NCBI GenBank assembly: GCA_040289575.1
Contig: PSLL01000014.1
Span: forward strand, 38,438-67,677
DNA length: 29,240 nt
DNA from: Candidatus Dadabacteria bacterium
GTDB lineage: Bacteria; Desulfobacterota_D; UBA1144; Nemesobacterales; CSP1-2
Direction: 5' to 3'
Positions 18,820 to 29,240 of this stretch are shown piece by piece; the stretch's first letter is position 1; every line of letters starts with the position of its first letter. The notes under the pieces were generated by a model. The model ran no database searches, had not been told where the DNA came from, and was given only the letters and a program-made list of their open reading frames with translations. Both the position numbers and the translations under genes were made by a program.

Positions 18820-19374
18820 ATGGGCGTAAAACCCGACCACTGGATAAGGCAAATGTCCCTTGAGCGTAAGATGATTGAGCCTTTTGTCGAAGAGCAAATG
18901 ACAAGAGGCGTTATATCCTACGGGCTGTCCGCCTATGGGTATGACATCAGGGTAAGTGATGAGTTTAAGGTTTTTACAAATGTCTACAATACGGTTGTTG
19001 ATCCAAAGGGGTTTGATGAAAAATCGTTTGTATCAATTAAATCCGATATCTGTATAATCCCCCCCAACTCATTTGCCCTGGCAAGAACAGTTGAATATTT
19101 CAGAATCCCAAGAAGCGTAATCACGCTCTGCGTTGGAAAGTCTACTTATGCACGCTGTGGAATAATTGTAAACGTGACCCCATTTGAGCCAGAATGGGAA
19201 GGGTTTGTCACACTTGAGATCTCAAATACAACCCCACTTCCCGCCAAGATCTATGCCAATGAGGGAATAGCACAGGTTCTTTTCTTTGAAGCCGATGAGG
19301 TCTGCCATGTGTCCTATGCCGATAAAAAGGGAAAATACCAGAAACAGGTGGGAATCACACCGCCAAAGGTTTAG
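18820..19374 (+). CDS. dcd: dCTP deaminase
   Basis: [51 protein letters not shown] and GKYQ.Q. AAGGAG SD. Confidence 0.98.
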   Translation: MGVKPDHWIRQMSLERKMIEPFVEEQMTRGVISYGLSAYGYDIRVSDEFKVFTNVYNTVVDPKGFDEKSFVSIKSDICIIPPNSFALARTVEYFRIPRSVITLCVGKSTYARCGIIVNVTPFEPEWEGFVTLEISNTTPLPAKIYANEGIAQVLFFEADEVCHVSYADKKGKYQKQVGITPPKV

Positions 19375-19380
19375 AGAAAT

Positions 19381-19401
19381 GGCATGGCATATCGTGCCCC
19401 C
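19381..19401. repeat. Degenerate REP-like palindrome after dcd
   Basis: GGCATGGCATATCGTGCCCCC forms a short GGCAYG/CGTGCC hairpin resembling REP-type elements. Single clear copy. Confidence 0.3.
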
Positions 19402-19536
19402 AATCCTGAGTTAATCAATTATATCCTAAAAAATCCATCACTCTCGAGGGGATAGGCCGATTAAATTGATCAAGGCTATAGGCGTTAGGCCCCGCTAATC
19501 AATATATGTGACCTGCACAAAAACCTTTGATTTTCC

Positions 19537-19565
19537 TTTACGTTTAGCCCATTTTATGGTAATAT
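19537..19565 (+). promoter_or_regulatory. gyrB promoter TTTACG-N17-TAATAT with extended -10 TG
   Basis: 17-nt spacing and TGg-TAATAT, followed by AAGGGAGG SD. Confidence 0.5.
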
Positions 19566-19596
19566 TTATTAGCTTTTTTATTATTAAGGGAGGTAG

Positions 19597-22065
<2,469 letters not shown>

Positions 22066-22072
22066 AGACCCG

Positions 22073-22081
22073 TTATCCACA
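22073..22081 (+). promoter_or_regulatory. Perfect DnaA box TTATCCACA
   Basis: Exact consensus starting 8 nt after the gyrB stop. Confidence 0.55.
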
Positions 22082-22104
22082 TTTCCCACCACTGGATGAT
22101 AAGG

Positions 22105-22788
22105 CTATTTTGAGTCGCATCGCTTTTCAAGCAGATTTATCAAGGGTCTTAAATCCTTAAACTCATAATCGGGTTTAATATCTCCCCTTACTTTTTCATC
22201 TTTTCTATTAATCCACGCCACGGTAAAACCCAATTCTTTAGCGGGAACTATGTCATGTTCGTAGCTTGCCGCAACGTGGAGAACATACTCTTTCGGAACT
22301 TTGAAAGACTCCATCATATTTTTCCAATGGCCGTACGAGGGTTTATATGATTTTACTCTCTCCGCCGTGATAACCCCGTCGAAATCCACACCAATCAGAT
22401 TAATCGAATGTTGTATTAAGTCGTCATCTATGTTTGAGAGAATGACAAGCTTATGTTTCTCTCTAAGACTTCTTAAAACCTCGGTCGTTTCTTCAAAAGG
22501 AGGCCATCCGATAATCGTATCCGCGAATATCCTTTTCTCCTGCGAGGTCAGTTTTATCCCCTTTTCTTTAAACAGCCTCCTCACCCCAATGGCTAAAACA
22601 TCTTTGTACTTGTGATAGCCCTCCTGTTCAACCTTCATCTCAATCTCGATATATCTCTGAGGCATGGATTCAATATCAAAAGAAAGTCCCCTACCCTCTA
22701 ACAGACCCTTTAGGGCATTTTTCATTCCCTGTTCCCAGTCGATTAGGGTTCCATAGCAATCAAATGTGATGAGGGAAAACTGAGGCAT
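22105..22788 (-). CDS. HAD-superfamily hydrolase (haloacid dehalogenase type II-like)
   Basis: Start ATG 22788 after AAGGGAG. TFDCYGTLIDW (motif I), ILSNID (II), SYKP (III) and HVAASYEHDI.PA (IV). Confidence 0.93.
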   Translation of the reverse strand: MPQFSLITFDCYGTLIDWEQGMKNALKGLLEGRGLSFDIESMPQRYIEIEMKVEQEGYHKYKDVLAIGVRRLFKEKGIKLTSQEKRIFADTIIGWPPFEETTEVLRSLREKHKLVILSNIDDDLIQHSINLIGVDFDGVITAERVKSYKPSYGHWKNMMESFKVPKEYVLHVAASYEHDIVPAKELGFTVAWINRKDEKVRGDIKPDYEFKDLRPLINLLEKRCDSK

Positions 22789-23008
22789 ATCTCCCTTCAT
22801 TATACAGTAGTGATTTGTATTTGATAAATTCGTGATATATGAGCATAACCCTAAACGAAGAATAAAATCATTGGGATTGGGAATGGAAATATGGTGAAAA
22901 AGTAAAGCCATAGTAAAATATAAGGGAAAGAAAAACAGAGATAAAGGCTTTTTGCGGATGTGACCTGAGGGAATTCGTGGGTAAGAATCCAAAGATAGGA
23001 GGAGAGAG

Positions 23009-23572
23009 ATGAAAAGACTTTTAACAAATTACAAAGTGGCGCTTCAGCAAGGTATAGAGTTTACCGTATTTGCTCTATGTTTAATTACCATAATACCAAA
23101 TGTATTTGCTGATGAAACGTACCAGTACAAAATATATTCTGCTCTTAATCCCCCTCCGAAGAATGGATTATATAAGGTTTACTATGATAATGGAGTTCTA
23201 TGGTCAGAGGCCAACTTTAAAAAGAGAAAACTGGAAGGCATGAGAAAAGCGTATTATCCGAACGGAAATTTGATGGAAGAGGAAAACTATAATAAAGGTC
23301 AACTAGATGGGATGAGAAAGTTTTATGCTATAAGTGGAAGGGTATTGGTAGAGGAAAACTATAAGAACGGTAAATTAGAAGGCACGACAAAGAAATATTA
23401 TAGTAGCGGAAAGTTATGGATAGAGGAAAACTACAAAGGCGGTAATCGAGAAGGAGAAAGAGAGGAATACTATGAGAACGGAGAACTAAAAATTAAGGAG
23501 GCGTGGGATGAAGGAAAACTAATAAGTCGAGAAGAGCACAAAAAGGGAACACAAGCGAGACTGTCTTTGTAA
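23009..23572 (+). CDS. Exported MORN-variant repeat protein (YwqK-like)
   Basis: Signal peptide ending VFA-D and about five repeats of YY.NG.L..E.NY..G.L.G. AGGAGG SD. The last codons lie inside an IS end. Confidence 0.88.
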   Translation: MKRLLTNYKVALQQGIEFTVFALCLITIIPNVFADETYQYKIYSALNPPPKNGLYKVYYDNGVLWSEANFKKRKLEGMRKAYYPNGNLMEEENYNKGQLDGMRKFYAISGRVLVEENYKNGKLEGTTKKYYSSGKLWIEENYKGGNREGEREEYYENGELKIKEAWDEGKLISREEHKKGTQARLSL

Positions 23573-24325
23573 CTGTGTAAATAGGGCTGAGAGTAAATTA
23601 AAGACCAATCTTTAGCTTCTTTATCTCCACCGCATACCTGAAATACCTCATAAGCCTTTCACAGTTTGCCTTCCATGACCTTATAACGTGAGGATATTTA
23701 CTTGCTCATTTCTCCTCAAACCTGTGCATAGATGAACTGGCTTCTTCAAGAGTAGATGCTTCATAAACCCCCTTCAAATCCCTGCTCAGTTCCTTTTTGT
23801 CCTTCCAGGACACATACCTGAGCGTATTCCTTATATACTGCCTTGCTTATCACTTTGTTCCGTTCCCTTACTCTATAGAAAACACAATCTAGCCATATGA
23901 TCGTATAAACCCCAGAAAGCACCCTTGATTGCCATTCCTCTAGCCGAGGAATTATTCTTTCTGTGAGCCTAGATATCAACGAAGGGCTAAGTTCTACCCC
24001 ATATATGTCCTCCATAATCTCCTGTATATCCCTCGTTGTCATTCCCTTTGCGTATAAAGCTATTATCTTGTCCTGTAGGTCCTCTAGTACACTCTGTCGT
24101 TTCCCCTTACCACCTTAGGTTCAAACTTAGAGTCCATGTCTCCTGGGACACTTATCTCTACCTCCCCACTGTCTGTAACCACCTCCTTTTGACTATAGCC
24201 GTTTCTTGAATTAGTTAAGTCCGTTCGCTTATACCTGGGGTATCCCAGAAATTCTTCAAGCTCTGCTTCTATAGCTTCTTGAAGGGTTTGCTTAATGAGT
24301 CTTTTGAGTTGTGATTTTACCTCCC
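23557..24325 (-). mobile_element. Degenerate IS256-family element (transposase pseudogene, one terminal IR retained)
   Basis: Minus-strand fragments EAELEEFLGY...NSRNGY...GEVEISVP...FEPKVV / KIIALYAKGMTTRDI...WQSR...IWLD....VR....SKAVY / RYVSWKDKKELSRDLK.VY...KYPHVIRSW, with frameshift, stop and internal deletion. GAGACTGTC...TGTGTAAATA at 23557 resembles an IS256 terminal repeat. Confidence 0.9.
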
Positions 24326-24632
24326 CAACAAGGGGTCAGTCTAGACCAGTCAGTAGGTATTGTTCGCAATGTCAGAGAGTCACCCTCTGTTGGAAACCGA
24401 ACAGTTACACTCATCGCTACTGCAATAGTCAATGGCGCTCCGATTACAGAGCAACTCGCAAACAGCGTAATAACTAATCTCTCTCCTGGCGGAACCTTTC
24501 AAAATAAGAGGCAATCCTCCACAATCCCTTAACCCAACAACCCGGTATACGCTATCTGTAAGTCCGGGAGATAATAACCCATCGAATGATACATTTATAC
24601 TGAACTCCGCCGCGGTTCAAAGGTATTATTAG
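24325..24632 (+). pseudogene. 3' remnant of a probable Ig-like (CARDB/DUF11-like) surface protein gene
   Basis: Beta-rich VRNV...TVTLIATA...ITNLSPGGT, then in another frame SPGDNNPSNDT...YY*. The 5' part is replaced by the IS remnant. Confidence 0.35.
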
Positions 24633-24652
24633 ATTTGAAGAAACAAATAGGA

Positions 24653-24661
24653 TTATCCACA
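24653..24661 (+). promoter_or_regulatory. Perfect DnaA box TTATCCACA
   Basis: Exact consensus in intergenic DNA. Confidence 0.5.
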
Positions 24662-24850
24662 GAGCTCACACCGGTGAGGTGAAAGAAAGTGATTGGAATA
24701 ACGGAACAGCCGTTCAGATTTTCATATTACTTCCAGATATTGTTTTGTGCCCTTGCGGCTAAGATGCTGCTCTTATAAAAATAGCCTCCTTCCCTAGCCT
24801 ACCAAATCACAAAATTGTATAATGAAGAAAAAAATGGATGGAGATGAAAG

Positions 24851-25186
24851 ATGGCAAAAACCTTTGCAAATCCATTAGTTCTAAAAACGGATACTCGGAT
24901 CAAAGCCGATAAGATCCTCGAAGGGATTGAAATACTGAGATTTCAAGGACTCGTTCCAGACTCGATAAAATTCAGCATGGTAGAGAAATGTCCTCAGTGT
25001 TCCCAAGAGGCTTGGGGGCTTTTTCTTACAGAAGAGGCAGGAACCGAATTAGAAGCAGAAGAGCCGATCGGGATTTGCCTTCAGTGCAGTGCAACTATAT
25101 ACGTTGATAAAGATGGAAACCCCAAATCACATGTCCTAAGTAGTCAAGACCTTTTAAGAGGCATGGGAATCGGCAAAGGGAAATGA
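24851..25186 (+). CDS. Hypothetical CxxC...CxxC zinc-ribbon protein
   Basis: CPQC and CLQC pairs. TATAAT and GGAG SD upstream. Confidence 0.8.
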   Translation: MAKTFANPLVLKTDTRIKADKILEGIEILRFQGLVPDSIKFSMVEKCPQCSQEAWGLFLTEEAGTELEAEEPIGICLQCSATIYVDKDGNPKSHVLSSQDLLRGMGIGKGK

Positions 25187-25274
25187 TGTGTACTACACAT
25201 TAAACTTATCATAGCATTGTACATCACGCCCCGCAGAATTATTCTTTGTTTTGCCTTGACCACAGGGGGATTGG

Positions 25275-27095
25275 TTATTTCAAATATCCATTTCCACTAG
25301 ATCGCCAGAGACTTGATAGAATCAGCTCGCGAATGAATATGAGTTCCTTCGGCAATTTGTCATATAACTTTATGAACAACTCCTCATGAGAAAGAATCTC
25401 TTCTTTCCACACCTCGCGATCCACGCTAGTCAGTTCTCTAAACCTTTCCCGACTGAATTCTAACCCACGCCAGTCAATATCCTCGTACCGCGGTACACAC
25501 CCGATGGGATTCTCGACACCGTAGGCACGACCGTTGGCGCGGTCAATAATCCACTTTAGCACGCGCATATTCTCTCCAAATCCGGGCCATATGAATTTCC
25601 CATTTTTATCCTTACGAAACCAATTGACCCCAAAAATCGGTGGTGGGTTAGGTATTCTCTGCCCAAAATTCAGCCAGTAGTTAAAATAGTCGGCCATGTG
25701 GTAGCCACAAAAAGGCAGCATCGCAAATGGGTCGCGTCGGACTTCTCCAACTCTACCCGTAGTCGCGGCGGTTGTTTCCGAACCCATAGTGGCTGCAATA
25801 TACACTCCGTAATTCCAGTTTGGTGCCTGATATACAAGTGGAATAACGCCGCTTCGCCGTCCGCCAAAAATAAAGGCCTTAATGGGCACCCCGTCGGGAT
25901 TTTCCCATTCCGGGTCAATGGACGGACACTGGCTGGCGGGAGCGGTGAACCGAGCATTCGGATGGGCAGCAGGTCTTCCGCACCCGGGTGTCCAGTGCTT
26001 GCCACGCCAATCAATTAATTCGGCCGGGGGTGTATCGGTCATGCCCTCCCACCAAACATCGCCATCGGGCGTTAGAGCCACGTTTGTGAATATGGAATTT
26101 CGGCTTATAGAAGCCATAGCGTTTGGATTTGTCTTCCCCGATGTGCCGGGAGCAACTCCAAAGAATCCAGCCTCCGGATTAATCGCATAGAGCTTGCCGT
26201 CTCCGCCTGGCTTAATCCAGGCGATATCATCTCCCACTGTGGTAATTCTCCATCCTTTGAATGCCTCGGGCGGAATGAGCATAGCGAAATTGGTCTTACC
26301 GCATGCACTGGGAAATGCGGCGGCTACATAATTCTTTTCTCCCTGTGGTGATTCTACTCCTAAAATGAGCATATGCTCGGCAAGCCAACCCTCTTTCCTA
26401 GCGATGACAGAGGCAATTCTTAATGCAAGGCATTTCTTACCAAGTAGCGCGTTGCCACCATAGCCGCTTCCGTAAGACCAAATGGAATGCTCTTCTGGGA
26501 AGTGAACGATGTACTTAATTCCATTGCAGGGCCAAGGAACATCCCTCTGCCCCAGCCCAAGGGGCATGCCAACCGAATGAAGACACGGCACAAATTCCCC
26601 GTCTCCAAGGATATCGAGCACGGCTCTGCCCATGCGGGTCATTATCCTCATGCTCGCAACAACATAAGGCGAATCCGTGAGTTGCACCCCAATATGAGAT
26701 ATGTGCGAGCCTAAGGGACCCATACTAAATGGAATGACATACATTGTTCGACCCCGCATAGAGCCGTTAAAAAGACCCCGCAATATCTCTTTCATCTCGG
26801 TGGGTGCCATCCAGTTATTTGTGGGACCTGCATCGCTTTTATTGATGCTGCAGATAAAAGTGCGACCTTCTACACGTGCCACATCACTCGGATCAGAACG
26901 CACCAGGTAACTGTTAGGTCGCTTCTCTTCGTTTAACTTGATGGCAGTGCCCGATTTTAGCATTATATCGAACATATCGTCATATTCCTTTTGTGAACCA
27001 TCACACCAGTGAACTTTGTCTGGCTTGCAAAGGGCGACCATCTCATTAACCCAGATTCGCAGCTTTTCATTCTTTACATAGCTTGGAAAATCCAT
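25275..27095 (-). CDS. pckG: Phosphoenolpyruvate carboxykinase (GTP)
   Basis: [60 protein letters not shown] and WPGFGEN.RVL. AAGGAGG SD. Confidence 0.98.
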   Translation of the reverse strand: MDFPSYVKNEKLRIWVNEMVALCKPDKVHWCDGSQKEYDDMFDIMLKSGTAIKLNEEKRPNSYLVRSDPSDVARVEGRTFICSINKSDAGPTNNWMAPTEMKEILRGLFNGSMRGRTMYVIPFSMGPLGSHISHIGVQLTDSPYVVASMRIMTRMGRAVLDILGDGEFVPCLHSVGMPLGLGQRDVPWPCNGIKYIVHFPEEHSIWSYGSGYGGNALLGKKCLALRIASVIARKEGWLAEHMLILGVESPQGEKNYVAAAFPSACGKTNFAMLIPPEAFKGWRITTVGDDIAWIKPGGDGKLYAINPEAGFFGVAPGTSGKTNPNAMASISRNSIFTNVALTPDGDVWWEGMTDTPPAELIDWRGKHWTPGCGRPAAHPNARFTAPASQCPSIDPEWENPDGVPIKAFIFGGRRSGVIPLVYQAPNWNYGVYIAATMGSETTAATTGRVGEVRRDPFAMLPFCGYHMADYFNYWLNFGQRIPNPPPIFGVNWFRKDKNGKFIWPGFGENMRVLKWIIDRANGRAYGVENPIGCVPRYEDIDWRGLEFSRERFRELTSVDREVWKEEILSHEELFIKLYDKLPKELIFIRELILSSLWRSSGNGYLK

Positions 27096-27297
27096 AAGTC
27101 CTTGGTTCCTCCTTTATTTACTTTGGTTCTGTAAAGCATTTCATTGTCCCATTTCTTTGCACTCTGTATTTGAAAACGGATATATACCACCACCTAATTC
27201 TATAGCGCATGTGACTTCATATAAATCCGGACGATAACCAATGTAGTCATAACTTTATCTTTGAGTACCCCTAAAGTAAAGCAATACAGATCACGCA

Positions 27298-27657
27298 TTA
27301 CAATATGTCCCTCCCCAAAACTATTCCCCCTTCTAAATAGATTTTCCTGCTATGAGCAGGCACAATCACGGGCAGAATTCCCGTCTCTCCACCCACTTGG
27401 GTTCCAGCATTAGAATAAGACCCAGAATAATAACGCACTCTTACCGTAATATTTTTATATGCTATATCACTTGTGTTTTCAATCGTGACATGATGGATAA
27501 TGGCTTCCCCACCCCATGCTACATAAAAAGACCAGTCCGCAATCTTAATATACCGCTCAGGATGTAGAAAGGCCGGATTTCTTAACTCCGACTCTTCGGT
27601 TCTCCCGGCCACACAGAAGATACCAAGAAGTATTAAAGCCTCTGCCACTATGCGCAT
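27298..27657 (-). CDS. Exported hypothetical protein with Ig-like (FxLYD-like) beta domain, possibly C-terminally truncated
   Basis: N-terminal hydrophobic segment and VTIENTSDIAYKNI.VRV.YY...G.LPV.VP pattern. AGGAG SD. Confidence 0.65.
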   Translation of the reverse strand: MRIVAEALILLGIFCVAGRTEESELRNPAFLHPERYIKIADWSFYVAWGGEAIIHHVTIENTSDIAYKNITVRVRYYSGSYSNAGTQVGGETGILPVIVPAHSRKIYLEGGIVLGRDIL

Positions 27658-27798
27658 CCAGTCACTCTCCTATTTAAATTTTACCTCAAAAGAATCTAAG
27701 TTCGAGTCAATGAAAATAATTCACTTTTTCTTCGCGTCAGTTAAATTGGATAAAGGTTACGCCCGGTTACAGTAGAATAGAAAGAACGTAAGCTAGGG

Positions 27799-28401
27799 TC
27801 AAGACCTTTTCTCCCATATTCTCTTTATTAACTCATCGCGCTTTATTACTCCATTCTCTTCAAGGAGGTCTATAAGGATAAGTATGGTTCTTTTAATCCC
27901 TTCTTCCGTCAGGTCAACTACATTATTAAATGGCTCAACTCTAGCACCGTAGTGGCGCCTTATTGCCGTTTCAATAACTGTCTCAGGAGCAAACGCAATT
28001 CGGATTGGGAGGCCGGTAATAAATGAGACTATATCCGTAATCTCTAGATTAGTGGGGTCAGAAGTCGCAATGACTAATACCGCTCTCCCCAAATCACTCT
28101 CCAATCTCACGGGAATCGCCTTGAGTTTGTGAGCGGTTTCCACAGGAATTAGTCTAACAACATCCCTTTTAATCTCCACTGTCGAGAGGTCTAATATGGG
28201 TATCCCAAGCTGTCTTGCAAGGAATTCCTTAAGCCTAGATTCAGAAATATATCCAAGCCTGACCAAGATACTTCCTATCCTTCCACCAATTAACTTCTGG
28301 CGCTCAAGAGCCTCCCAAAGCTGGTCTTTTGTTACTATGCCAGATTCTACTAGAAGCTCGCCAATGAGCCTCCTTTTAACTGGACTCGGCGGTTTTTCCA
28401 A
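27799..28401 (-). CDS. Stand-alone MshEN / T2SSE_N domain protein (putative c-di-GMP receptor, no ATPase)
   Basis: Tandem LIGELLVESGIV...QL..AL..Q and RIGSILVRLGYI....L...LARQ motifs, then L.IATSDP.N. No Walker A/B. TTG start after AGGAG. Confidence 0.9.
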   Translation of the reverse strand: MEKPPSPVKRRLIGELLVESGIVTKDQLWEALERQKLIGGRIGSILVRLGYISESRLKEFLARQLGIPILDLSTVEIKRDVVRLIPVETAHKLKAIPVRLESDLGRAVLVIATSDPTNLEITDIVSFITGLPIRIAFAPETVIETAIRRHYGARVEPFNNVVDLTEEGIKRTILILIDLLEENGVIKRDELIKRIWEKRS

Positions 28402-28551
28402 TATTTTTCTCCTGTTCTAAAAAAACTCCTTATTATTAAAGAATAGACCTTTTATACAATAACCACAACAACCGCTGAGATAAACCCCTATTGATATAAT
28501 GAATATATGCAAATTTTAGTCTATCCTAATATTGTACGGAGGAAGACAAAT

Positions 28552-28941
28552 ATGAGATTTTTCTCAATCTTAGTGCTTATTATATCTATTATTTCCCTGG
28601 GGTTTGCTCTAAATGCGGTGAAACATTTAAACGACGTTAAAGATGGATTCCAAAGGACAAAGAGGGAATTAGCAGAGGCAAAGGATGAATTTGCTGCGCA
28701 TCAGCAGAGTCGGTGGCCTAAGTTTTATGAGGTAAACGGCAGGCTACTTTTCAAAGCGAGCGGAAACAGACTCATAATAGACCATGAAGAGATTCCCAAT
28801 GTGATGCCGGCGATGATTATGAACTATGAGGTGAAAGACCCCAAACAAATTGAGAACCTAGGGCCGGGCGACAAGGTTCATTTTAGGTTAGAAGAAACGG
28901 TAAATAAGCTCTTTATAGTAAGCATAGAAAGAGTGAAGTAG
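28552..28941 (+). CDS. Membrane-anchored CusF-like copper-binding protein
   Basis: ATG 28552 after GGAGGA. TM/signal, coiled coil, then IIDHEEIP.VMPAMIMNY...L.PGDKV.F CusF-type barrel with His/Met/Met ligands. Confidence 0.85.
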   Translation: MRFFSILVLIISIISLGFALNAVKHLNDVKDGFQRTKRELAEAKDEFAAHQQSRWPKFYEVNGRLLFKASGNRLIIDHEEIPNVMPAMIMNYEVKDPKQIENLGPGDKVHFRLEETVNKLFIVSIERVK

Positions 28942-28957
28942 CAATACTAATATATCT

Positions 28958-29170
28958 CTATTTTTTCTCAATCCTCAGATAAATCTCGGATTCACTCTGC
29001 ACCCTATCGGCAAGGACTTTTGCCTCCTGCCAGGATGAAGACTGTCCGATATTGACAACCCTCTTTGAGATTGCGCCCTTCGCATATAGAATCCTTGTCT
29101 CAGAATTCCAAAGAATCTGCCAGTTTTCCTTATCTCTTTCGCGAATCCAGCCGAACGGAAACGTTCCCAT
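28958..29170 (-). CDS. Small Trp-rich hypothetical protein
   Basis: 70 aa, AAGGAG SD upstream, four Trp. No family recognised. Confidence 0.7.
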   Translation of the reverse strand: MGTFPFGWIRERDKENWQILWNSETRILYAKGAISKRVVNIGQSSSWQEAKVLADRVQSESEIYLRIEKK

Positions 29171-29240
29171 TTTGAAATTCTCTCCTTACTTTAAACACAG
29201 AGAAGGGGTTTGCGAATTTTAGATCAAAACAAATCTTTTC

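Noticed and set aside
22789..22992. N-terminal extension of the HAD ORF
   Set aside because: HAD motif I follows ATG 22788, which has its own SD and -10. The extension is intergenic sequence.
23009..23572. YwqK antitoxin of a toxin-antitoxin pair
   Set aside because: No toxin gene is adjacent and the protein has a signal peptide. The label only reflects MORN-variant repeats.
23761..24042. 93-aa ORF as a functional transposase
   Set aside because: It is only an internal fragment. Flanking parts are frameshifted and the catalytic core is partly deleted.
24670..24800. Possible riboswitch (GCC-GCAA-GGGC hairpin on the minus strand)
   Set aside because: I could not match the conserved cores of c-di-GMP or other riboswitches, and there is no intact downstream gene on that strand.

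Overview
A moderately AT-rich bacterial chromosomal window. The gene style is deltaproteobacteria-like, possibly Ca. Dadabacteria/Desulfobacterota, but that is only an impression. Core genes: queG, serS, rpsB-tsf-pyrH-frr, dcd, an isolated gyrB and GTP-dependent PEP carboxykinase. Other genes: an archease-rtcB RNA-ligase pair, a geranylgeranyl-reductase-family flavoprotein, an orphan REC-GAF-3xPAS histidine kinase, a stand-alone MshEN protein, a CusF-like protein and several hypotheticals. The most interesting part is 3065-7334, a reactive-sulfur locus. It has a YgaP/DUF2892 membrane protein, a Cys-bearing ECF sigma factor with a soluble Cys-rich zinc anti-sigma factor, and intact SorAB sulfite dehydrogenase. 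It also has two decayed genes that the ORF track largely misses: a persulfide dioxygenase-rhodanese fusion and a DUF442 sulfurtransferase. This suggests a persulfide/sulfite pathway controlled by an ECF/ZAS pair rather than by the usual CstR/BigR/SqrR/FisR regulators (inference). Also hidden from the ORF track: a collapsed OtsA-OtsB trehalose pseudogene, a broken IS256 whose end supplies a neighbour's stop codon, four intergenic DnaA-box 9-mers, a palindrome across the queG stop codon, a structured rpsB leader and several apparently leaderless starts. No rRNA, tRNA or CRISPR array was seen.
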